Assembly (NCBI GenBank): GCA_964560225.1
Contig: CAZLLD010000001.1
Coordinates: forward strand, 65,565-129,564
DNA length: 64,000 nt
Origin: an uncultured Bacteroidales bacterium
Lineage (GTDB): Bacteria; Bacteroidota; Bacteroidia; Bacteroidales; UBA10428
Reading direction: 5' to 3'
Each line of letters opens with the position of its first letter. The first letter of the stretch is position 1. The position numbers and the translations under genes are program-made. The notes below the pieces were generated by a model that saw only the letters and a list, made by a program, of their open reading frames with translations, was not told where the DNA came from and made no database searches. Below, piece after piece: positions 57,272 through 64,000 of this stretch.

Positions 57272-58471
57272 ATGGGCAAGAATTTTATATTAAACAGAAG
57301 GAGATTTCTCAAATCTTCGGTACTGGGAACCACTGGTGCCCTGATCGGATCAACGGCATACGGAAATGCTTCAGAAAAAAAAGAACCCGTAATTATTCGC
57401 AGGCAATTGGGCAAAACCGATATAAAACTGCCTATTGTAAGCTTCGGCGTCATGCGATCAGATAATGCCACTTTAGTGAAATCGGCATTTGAGATGGGTT
57501 TTGTTCATTTCGATACGGCACATGGTTATCAGGGAGGCAGAAATGAAACCATGCTCGGGGACGTTTTTAAAGCCTTCCCGCGCGATAAGATTGTGCTGGC
57601 CACCAAGGTCGGTGCTGACGGGGTGGATCGGCAGACCGGTGAACCAGGTCCGGGAACTACTAAGGGAAGTATCCTTGAAAAGTTCGAAATCAGCCTGAAA
57701 CGGCTTCAGATGAATTATGTGGATATCCTTTACCTGCATGGTGTTTCCAACCGCAACCTGGCTTTGGCGCCTCAGATAATGGAAGCTTTCAGTGAACTGA
57801 AGAAACAGGGCAAGATAAGATACGCAGGCATGTCGACACACCAGAATGAGCCGGATGTGATTCAAGCAGCCATCGACAGCAATTTTTACGATGTGGTGCT
57901 TACATCCATCAATTTTCAGCACGGGATGGCTGATCAGATCAAGGAAAAAGCTGCACTTGCCGCTCAAAAGGGTATCGGCATCATTGCCATGAAAACCATG
58001 GCCGGAGGCTTTATGGACAAGGAAAGACAAAGGCCCATTAACTGCAGCGCCGCATTGAAGTGGGTGCTTCAGGATGAAAACTTCCATACCTCCATACCCG
58101 GAATTACCTCATTTGACCATATGATACAGAATTTTTCAGTTATGGAAAATCTGACCTTCACGGACGAAGAGAAAGCGAACCTGGAAGAAGCCAAACAAAT
58201 AGCCGGCTTGTATTGCGATGGTTGTAAACAATGTCTTGCCCAATGCGTTAAGCACCTCCCTGTCAATGAGTATATGAGAGCCTTTATGTATACTTATGGC
58301 TACCGGCATTATGAAAATGCTTACTCGGTTCTGGATGACATTGGTATGTCATCAAATCCTTGTGCAAACTGCTCTGAATGCACTGTACATTGCCCCAAAG
58401 GCTTTCAGGTAGCACAACGGATAACTGATGTTTCGAGGCTCACCGAAATGCCCAGAGAGTTTCTGGTTTAG
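57272..58471 (+). CDS. Tat-signal aldo/keto reductase fused to a C-terminal 2x[4Fe-4S] ferredoxin-like module
   Basis: 399 aa. Twin-arginine motif NRRRFLK (57293..57313) followed by a hydrophobic stretch and AYG. AKR catalytic context is HFDTAHGYQGG, LATKV and LYLHGV. The C-terminus carries CDGCKQCLAQC and CANCSECTVHCP. Confidence 0.85.
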   Translation: MGKNFILNRRRFLKSSVLGTTGALIGSTAYGNASEKKEPVIIRRQLGKTDIKLPIVSFGVMRSDNATLVKSAFEMGFVHFDTAHGYQGGRNETMLGDVFKAFPRDKIVLATKVGADGVDRQTGEPGPGTTKGSILEKFEISLKRLQMNYVDILYLHGVSNRNLALAPQIMEAFSELKKQGKIRYAGMSTHQNEPDVIQAAIDSNFYDVVLTSINFQHGMADQIKEKAALAAQKGIGIIAMKTMAGGFMDKERQRPINCSAALKWVLQDENFHTSIPGITSFDHMIQNFSVMENLTFTDEEKANLEEAKQIAGLYCDGCKQCLAQCVKHLPVNEYMRAFMYTYGYRHYENAYSVLDDIGMSSNPCANCSECTVHCPKGFQVAQRITDVSRLTEMPREFLV

Positions 58472-58504
58472 TTGATTATTTTAAAACATGAAAACAGGAA
58501 TGGT

Positions 58505-59353
58505 ATGATAAAGAAAACCAGGATTTTGTTGTTGCTGCTTACATGCTTTTGTATTCACGCCCAAGCTGCAGATGACAAATTATTTCCCGAAATTTCGGGT
58601 TGGAAAATGAAACCAGAGCAGCATGTTTATAATGCATCGGATTTGTGGGAACTGATAAACGGAGCTGCCGATATTTTTCTCAGCTATCATTTCCAGGATC
58701 TTCATATTGCTGAATATTCCAGCAAGAATAAAATAATCCGGGTGGAACTCTACCGGCATCTGACATCTGAAGATACCTATGGAATTTATACTGCGGAAAG
58801 AATGCCCGATTATCCACAGGTGCGTATTGGGTCTCAGGGTTATAAAAGTCAGGGTGTGCTCAATTTCTTAGCAGGCACGTACTACGTTAAAGTAATGTCG
58901 GCCGGGGTTGAAGAGGCAGATGAAACCGCGATAGCCCTGATTGCAGAAAAAGTGAATGCAAGCCTGGCTCAACCCGTTGGCTTGCCTGTGTTGTCACAGG
59001 TATTTCCTGATGAAGGGAAAGTATATCTTTCAGACACCTATATCGCACAGAATTTCCTGGGCTATAGTTTCTTTCGCAATGCTTTTTCAGCAAAGTATGA
59101 GAAGCCAGTGCAACTGCAATTATTTGTCATCCAACTTCCCGAAAATGAACTCGGGAAGATGCTCGATCAGTACCTGAAAACCATGAAAGATGAAAAAATC
59201 AGCCAAAAAGATGATTTATACAGAGTGGACGACATGTTTAACGGCCCTGTTTTTCTGAAAAAGAAAGACAATTACCTGGTCGGAACCGTGGAATCAGGCG
59301 ATGAAAACGCTGCTGTACTGATGATTGACAGCCTGATTAAAAACCTCCCTTAA
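58505..59353 (+). CDS. Hypothetical secreted protein
   Basis: The ATG at 58505 gives MIKKTRILLLLLTCFCIHAQA (signal peptide); the track start 58472 is TTG. It is 282 aa and lies 33 nt after the AKR stop. No family recognised. Confidence 0.6.
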   Translation: MIKKTRILLLLLTCFCIHAQAADDKLFPEISGWKMKPEQHVYNASDLWELINGAADIFLSYHFQDLHIAEYSSKNKIIRVELYRHLTSEDTYGIYTAERMPDYPQVRIGSQGYKSQGVLNFLAGTYYVKVMSAGVEEADETAIALIAEKVNASLAQPVGLPVLSQVFPDEGKVYLSDTYIAQNFLGYSFFRNAFSAKYEKPVQLQLFVIQLPENELGKMLDQYLKTMKDEKISQKDDLYRVDDMFNGPVFLKKKDNYLVGTVESGDENAAVLMIDSLIKNLP

Positions 59354-59363
59354 CTACCTGAAT

Positions 59364-59765
59364 ATGAACAAGCATTGTTTCCGGATCATTATGTTGCTTC
59401 TTCTGACAGGCATTTCATGCAGTCATTATAAAAAGGGAGATAAATATGTATCAATACATTCCGCAGACAGTGTGAGTTACCTGATTATGGACCAGGGAAA
59501 GGGGATGAAACTGGCAAAAAAGGCCAATCGCGAACAGATGGAACAAGCTTACAAAGGCAATGTATGTAAGGTTGTATATTTGACTGATTCAACCGAATTC
59601 ATTACCCAAAAAGGGATTCTGCTTTTTCATATTTTTTTGCCCAACATGGAAGAAGACATGCTGACCAAGGGATATTTCGGCACCTTTACTTCAAGACAAC
59701 AGGCCACTTATGTGCTGGTTTCGAGGGAAGATATTGAAAAGCATTTCGTGCTTAAGCAACAATGA
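59364..59765 (+). CDS. Hypothetical small lipoprotein
   Basis: 133 aa. MNKHCFRIIMLLLLTGISCSH is a lipobox-like LTGISC sequence. It starts 10 nt after the preceding gene. Confidence 0.55.
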   Translation: MNKHCFRIIMLLLLTGISCSHYKKGDKYVSIHSADSVSYLIMDQGKGMKLAKKANREQMEQAYKGNVCKVVYLTDSTEFITQKGILLFHIFLPNMEEDMLTKGYFGTFTSRQQATYVLVSREDIEKHFVLKQQ

Positions 59766-59813
59766 GTCTTTACTCCACAATTGCAGACGCAACTCCGAAA
59801 TACAGATAAATAA

Positions 59814-59850
59814 CCGGCAGGGAAGCTTTTACCAGTTCTTCCCATGCCGG
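59814..59850. terminator. Candidate hairpin terminator between convergent genes
   Basis: CCGGCAGGGAAG (59814-59825) pairs with CTTCCCATGCCGG (59838-59850) with a one-base bulge and a 12-nt loop. The flanking U-tracts are weak (TTATTTAT on the minus strand). Confidence 0.4.
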
Positions 59851-59858
59851 CCTTAAAA

Positions 59859-60476
59859 TCAGGTCTGTGCAGGTTTCACCTTAACACTGCAACCAATGGC
59901 CTTGGTGAAATTGGGTTGAGGATCGTTACCATTCAGTAACGATTCGAGTGCATCTTTCAGATACGATGTTTTGACTGCACTTGCATCCTGGTAATTGTCA
60001 TCAATGGCCCCGATGTATTTTACGATAAGCTCACCCTTATTATTTTTTTGAAGCAGAAAAACATGGGGTGTTTTGGTTGCACCATAATTTTTATTTACTT
60101 CCTGTTTTTCATCGAATAAATAGGGGAAAGTATAACCTTTTTCATGTGCCCTGGTAACCATTGCTTCGTAGGAATCACCAGGTTCTACTTCAGGATCATT
60201 CGGATTAACTGCAATCACGGGATATCCCTTTTTTTTGTACTGTTTATCAATTTCAATCAGCCTGTCCTGGTAAGCTTTGGCATAAGGGCAGTGGTTACAG
60301 GTAAAGACAACTACAAAACCTTTGGCATCTGAAAAATCGGATAAACTCACCATTTTTCCATCGGTATTTTTAAGTTTAAAGCTGGCAGCCTTATCACCAA
60401 CCTTGTATCCTTCACCGGCATATAAACCTGATGCCAGCAAAACTGAAGCTATAAGCAATAATGATTTCATGTTCAA
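59859..60476 (-). CDS. Exported thioredoxin-fold protein (redoxin/AhpC-TSA-like)
   Basis: 205 aa. Signal peptide MNMKSLLLIASVLLASGLYA. CxxC motif in VVFTCNHCPYAKAY. Confidence 0.8.
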   Translation of the reverse strand: MNMKSLLLIASVLLASGLYAGEGYKVGDKAASFKLKNTDGKMVSLSDFSDAKGFVVVFTCNHCPYAKAYQDRLIEIDKQYKKKGYPVIAVNPNDPEVEPGDSYEAMVTRAHEKGYTFPYLFDEKQEVNKNYGATKTPHVFLLQKNNKGELIVKYIGAIDDNYQDASAVKTSYLKDALESLLNGNDPQPNFTKAIGCSVKVKPAQT

Positions 60477-60526
60477 AAAGTTTTAGTTAAACAATATAAC
60501 TGATTTATATTCACATCAAGTCAGGA

Positions 60527-61015
60527 TTAATCAGTTAATAGTTTGATGATTACCTGGTTGATATCGGTATGGGTCAATTTCCTTTCATAGAAATGACGAT
60601 TGTCTCCACGGTAAAATAAGGTGGCAGGTAACGAACCTGTCCATTGGGGGTCGACCTTGTTGATCCAATTGTTTGCGTCGGGTTCGTTCAATAATACAAC
60701 CGGAGCTGAAATACGATTGGTTCGGACGAAAGTTGAAAGGGATTTTTCCAACTGGTTTGGGAAGTCGAGACTTACCAGCAACACCTTAACCTTCTGTGAT
60801 GAATAGGTTTGGTATATTTTCTCAAATTCAGGCAATTCCTCACGGCAGGGGCCACACCATGTTGCCCAGAAATTAATGACGTACAAGGTATCTGTTTTCC
60901 GGTTCAGGTATTTTTCGAAAGTGCTGAGGCGCCAGACGGGAATTTTTTCCTGTGCCTGAAGCGAAAAGGAAACACTTAAGAGGAATGGTGTTATTATTTT
61001 GAATAATTTATTCAT
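60527..61015 (-). CDS. TlpA-family thiol:disulfide oxidoreductase (exported)
   Basis: 162 aa with a signal peptide. Active site is INFWATWCGPCREELPEF. Confidence 0.85.
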   Translation of the reverse strand: MNKLFKIITPFLLSVSFSLQAQEKIPVWRLSTFEKYLNRKTDTLYVINFWATWCGPCREELPEFEKIYQTYSSQKVKVLLVSLDFPNQLEKSLSTFVRTNRISAPVVLLNEPDANNWINKVDPQWTGSLPATLFYRGDNRHFYERKLTHTDINQVIIKLLTD

Positions 61016-61323
61016 ATTCTTGGATCGGGTGAAACGTTAAACATTACAATTCCCCTATTGTTAAAGCACAACCTGTTAAAAAGCTGTTAATTATTTGTCA
61101 GAAAGAAGGGTTAACTTCCACTTTAAATTTGTCGGCTTCAATAACTTTGTTTTCGGCAAGAGGTTTTGCCTGATGGATGAATCGTTTTAAATTCAGATGG
61201 TTTGCTCAGGGCTGATTGATTTCAACCTGATCGCCTTCACCTGAATGAAAAAGGATATGCCCTTTGTTCAGAAATAATTAGACGGGAACTGAACGATGTA
61301 TTGCAGAAGCAGCAGCAGTGGCA

Positions 61324-62235
61324 CTAAAAGAGACCTTCCACTGACAAATAGCGTTCCCCGGTATCATAATTAAAAGTCAGAATTCTAGATCCTGCAGCTA
61401 TATCGGGTAGTTTTTTGGCAACGGCGGCCAGGGCCGCACCAGATGAAATTCCCACGAAAACACCTTCTTCTTTAGCCATTCTGCGGGCATATTCATAGGC
61501 TTCATCCTTGGAGACGGTGAGTACACCGTCGAGAAGATCCGCATGCAGGTTTTTGGGAATAAAATTGGCCCCGATCCCCTGAATTGGATGCGGGCCGGGT
61601 TTGCCACCGCTGATAATCGGAGATAATTCAGGCTCAAAAGCAAAAACCTTAATGTTTGGGAATTTTTTCTTAAGACGCGATGCCACGCCGGTCATGTGGC
61701 CTCCGGTTCCCACGCCGCCAATCAGGTAATCCAATCCTTCGGGAAAATCACCGATGATTTCTTCGGCAGTAGACGCCTGGTGGATGGTAATATTGGCTTC
61801 GTTTTCAAATTGCATGGGCATCCATGCCACGGGATTTGCAGCCACCATTTCCGTTGCTTTGTCCACAGCACCCTGCATTCCTTTTTCACGTGGAGTGAGT
61901 TCAAATTCGGCACCATATGAGGCCATTATTTTCCTGCGTTCTATGGAAAACGATTCAGGCATTACGAGGATTAACCGATATTTTTTTACAGCTGCAACCA
62001 TGGCCAGTCCGATACCTGTATTGCCCGAAGTAGGTTCAATAATGACGGAGCCTGGGTTTAAAATGCCTTTCTTTTCCGCATCTTCAATCATGGAAAGCGC
62101 GATACGGTCCTTGATACTGCCACCCGGATTGAACCGTTCGAGTTTAACCCAAACCTCATATGCCGGATCAAAAAGCCTGTTAATTCTCAGGTGCGGTGTA
62201 TTACCAATGGTTTCGAGTATGGATTGCGCTTTCAT
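61324..62235 (-). CDS. cysK: Cysteine synthase A (O-acetylserine sulfhydrylase)
   Basis: The ATG at 62235 gives [21 protein letters not shown]; the track's TTG start at 62256 would overlap cysE. PLP lysine context is NPGGSIKDR, with SGNTGIGLA and [10 protein letters not shown] present. Confidence 0.95.
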   Translation of the reverse strand: MKAQSILETIGNTPHLRINRLFDPAYEVWVKLERFNPGGSIKDRIALSMIEDAEKKGILNPGSVIIEPTSGNTGIGLAMVAAVKKYRLILVMPESFSIERRKIMASYGAEFELTPREKGMQGAVDKATEMVAANPVAWMPMQFENEANITIHQASTAEEIIGDFPEGLDYLIGGVGTGGHMTGVASRLKKKFPNIKVFAFEPELSPIISGGKPGPHPIQGIGANFIPKNLHADLLDGVLTVSKDEAYEYARRMAKEEGVFVGISSGAALAAVAKKLPDIAAGSRILTFNYDTGERYLSVEGLF

Positions 62236-62245
62236 AAAGGTTGAC

Positions 62246-63091
62246 TTAAATGACAAAATTATTGGGAGGATTGAAATCTTTCTTGTCTCTGATCACTATC
62301 TTGCTTTCGTGGTAAACAGTGGAAAAGGGTGGAACACTCTTGGTAAGCCAGACATTTCCTCCAACCACTGTATCATGCCCGATAACAGTATCTCCTCCAA
62401 GTATGGTGCTTCCTGAATAGACAATTACATTGTCTTCAATGGTCGGATGCCGCTTCTTTCCTTTCATCCCTTTATTAACTGATGCGGCACCCAGGGTAAC
62501 TCCCTGGTAAATTTTAACATTGTTGCCGATAATGGTGGTTTCACCAATCACAATACCGGTTCCGTGGTCAATAAAGAAATGTTTGCCGATTCGGGCCCCC
62601 GGGTGAATGTCAATTCCGGTTTTGCTATGGGCATATTCAGAGATCATCCGCGGAAGGTAAGGAATTTTCAGTTCGAACAGCTGATGGGATAGTCTGTATA
62701 CAGAAATAGCATAAAAGCCGGGATAATAAAGAATTACGCTTTCGCGCGAGTGGGCTGCCGGATCAAAATCAACAAAGAGCTGGGCATCTTCAACCAGGCT
62801 TTCATATATAGCAGAAATTTTTGAAAAGAAGACAGTGCAGATGTCATTCACTGGTTGATCCAGAATTGCTTCAAGGGGATTGAGCAGGTCTTTGAAATCA
62901 AGCTGCAATTGCGCCAGGTTGAGTTCAATCAGGGGGAGTGAGCACTTTTTATCGATTTTAAAAGGGAAAAGAAAGTAGATCAGGTTGTCGATAAAAAGAT
63001 GCGACTTGGTCATGGAAGGCACTTCTTTCCGGAAACTGTTGTATTGTTCAAGAAGATAGTCTGGGAAATTTTCAATAGTATTCATTGTCAT
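62246..63091 (-). CDS. cysE: Serine O-acetyltransferase (long N-terminal form)
   Basis: 281 aa. Left-handed beta-helix hexapeptide repeats [44 protein letters not shown]. It lies 10 nt upstream of cysK. Confidence 0.9.
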   Translation of the reverse strand: MTMNTIENFPDYLLEQYNSFRKEVPSMTKSHLFIDNLIYFLFPFKIDKKCSLPLIELNLAQLQLDFKDLLNPLEAILDQPVNDICTVFFSKISAIYESLVEDAQLFVDFDPAAHSRESVILYYPGFYAISVYRLSHQLFELKIPYLPRMISEYAHSKTGIDIHPGARIGKHFFIDHGTGIVIGETTIIGNNVKIYQGVTLGAASVNKGMKGKKRHPTIEDNVIVYSGSTILGGDTVIGHDTVVGGNVWLTKSVPPFSTVYHESKIVIRDKKDFNPPNNFVI

Positions 63092-63133
63092 TCCTTTTCG
63101 TTGAATAAAGATATGATATTTTATCCGATTGGG

Positions 63134-63958
63134 TTACTCCTTGTCAGGTTTATGTTGTTTTGATGCCAGATTGCCCAGTTTGTTGTATGATGTGATCAAT
63201 CCTCTTATCACAGCTGAGCTGAGTCCTTGGTGTTCCATTTCATTCAGGCCTGATATGGTAATTCCCTGGGGTGTTGTCACTTTATCGATTTCCTTTTCAG
63301 GATGGTTGGTAGTTTCCACAATGAGCTGTGCAGCTCCCTTTACCGTCTGCGCTGTAATCAGCTGCGACATTTCCGAGTTGAATCCGATTTCGATTCCACC
63401 CTGTGACATGGCCCGCATGAACCGGAGTGCAAAGGCAATCCCGCAGGCACCCACAACTGTGGCAGCATCCATCATATCCTCGGGTATTACCAGGGTTTTA
63501 CCCATTTTATCAAACAGTTCCTGCAAAGAAGATTCCTGTTCCGGTGAGGTGTTTTTAAAAGCAATGCAGGTCATGGATTCGCAAATTTCCAGTGCGGTAT
63601 TGGGCATGATCCTGAGCATGGGGAATTTGCCGAGAATTCCTTCGATATCTTTGAAAGTAGTACCTGTAACTGTAGAAATTAGTATATGCCCCGGAACCAG
63701 CGCGTCTTTTATTTCTTCGGCAAGCAAGCTGAATTGTTGCGGTTTCACTGACATCACAATGATTCCGGATTTACTGACCGCTTTCCGGTTGTTATCAGTA
63801 ACCTGAAATCCCTGGCTTTTTAAATATTCTAAACGGGATTCTCTTTTTTCGGTAAGTATGAGTTGGTCATAGGTAAACTGGCCGGATCCAACCAGTCCTT
63901 TTGCCAGCGAGGTCCCCAGGTTGCCTCCGCCGAGGATGGCAATATTGGTATGCTTCAT
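63134..63958 (-). CDS. proC: Pyrroline-5-carboxylate reductase
   Basis: 274 aa. Rossmann N-terminus IAILGGGNLGTSLAKGL. The C-terminal dimerisation domain carries VTTPQGITISGL. Confidence 0.9.
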   Translation of the reverse strand: MKHTNIAILGGGNLGTSLAKGLVGSGQFTYDQLILTEKRESRLEYLKSQGFQVTDNNRKAVSKSGIIVMSVKPQQFSLLAEEIKDALVPGHILISTVTGTTFKDIEGILGKFPMLRIMPNTALEICESMTCIAFKNTSPEQESSLQELFDKMGKTLVIPEDMMDAATVVGACGIAFALRFMRAMSQGGIEIGFNSEMSQLITAQTVKGAAQLIVETTNHPEKEIDKVTTPQGITISGLNEMEHQGLSSAVIRGLITSYNKLGNLASKQHKPDKE

Positions 63959-64000
63959 AGTATATCGGGGTTTATTAATAGCAACATCTCAAAAATAAAA

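Noticed and set aside
57473-58087. 204-aa minus-strand ORF inside the AKR gene, with similar shadow ORFs at 26929..27477, 20566..21102, 4910..5485 and 13474..13896
   Set aside because: All lie antisense within strongly supported genes and lack recognisable domains. I treat them as shadow ORFs.
61016-61323. 308-nt non-coding gap after cysK with coding-like fragments on the minus strand (for example LNKGHILFHSGEGDQVEINQP*) and a short GCA/GCT run
   Set aside because: The fragments have no start codon and are interrupted by stops within about 20 codons in every frame. There is no recognisable family. It may be a decayed gene remnant, but I cannot support calling it a pseudogene.
61754-62416. 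220-aa plus-strand ORF across cysK/cysE
   Set aside because: It is an antisense shadow of two well-supported genes and even spans their junction. It has no motif support.
63129-63806. 225-aa plus-strand ORF lying fully inside proC
   Set aside because: It is antisense to a gene with clear P5C reductase motifs. The translation is low-complexity (S/I/C/V-rich) with no recognisable motif. Long stop-free antisense frames are expected when the sense gene avoids TTA/CTA/TCA codons.
1-64000. Scan for CRISPR arrays, tRNA/rRNA/tmRNA, transposases, integrases, phage genes and known defence genes
   Set aside because: There are no regularly spaced direct repeats, no cloverleaf-like GC-rich segments in any intergenic gap, and no ORF with transposase, integrase, RT, nuclease-helicase or other defence-type motifs. 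The window reads as core chromosome.

Overview
This is a dense chromosomal segment: about 55 protein-coding genes, roughly 93% coding by my tally, and only about 4.3 kb intergenic. The gene content and signals look Bacteroidota-like: a DUF2723 membrane protein, a DUF5106/thioredoxin lipoprotein, YwqK/MORN-variant repeats, a head-GIN/DUF2807 protein, TAnnTTTG-type -7 boxes, and little Shine-Dalgarno signal. All assignments come from reading the supplied translations and the DNA against remembered family motifs; no searches were run. Most genes are housekeeping: yciH (partial), carA, rsgA, polA, uvrC, mnmG, ybeY, dut, pheS, ruvB, nadA, rpiB, dnaG, apt, ispD, hemW, cysK, cysE, proC and two polyprenyl-diphosphate synthases. 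Accessory content includes a 1860-aa thioester alpha-2-macroglobulin lipoprotein, a U32-family Fe-S protein, a hybrid histidine kinase, and a cytoplasmic PAS/GAF kinase with a NarL-type regulator, a lone receiver and a SiaC/DUF1987 protein. It also includes a half-length TolC-like protein paired with a CzcB-like adaptor with no pump gene, and a Tat-exported aldo/keto reductase fused to a 2x[4Fe-4S] module next to several exported proteins. I found no rRNA, tRNA, CRISPR array, transposase, integrase or phage gene. I cannot point to a clear-cut new system. The best candidates for follow-up are the exported AKR-FeS neighbourhood (57.3-61.0 kb), the pump-less TolC-like/adaptor pair and its coiled-coil neighbour (52.2-55.1 kb), the DnaG zinc ribbon that has lost 3 of 4 ligands, and the kinase/regulator/SiaC-like cluster (46.3-50.8 kb). 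Several ORF-track starts are over-extended and have been corrected from signal peptides, conserved N-termini and neighbour overlaps.
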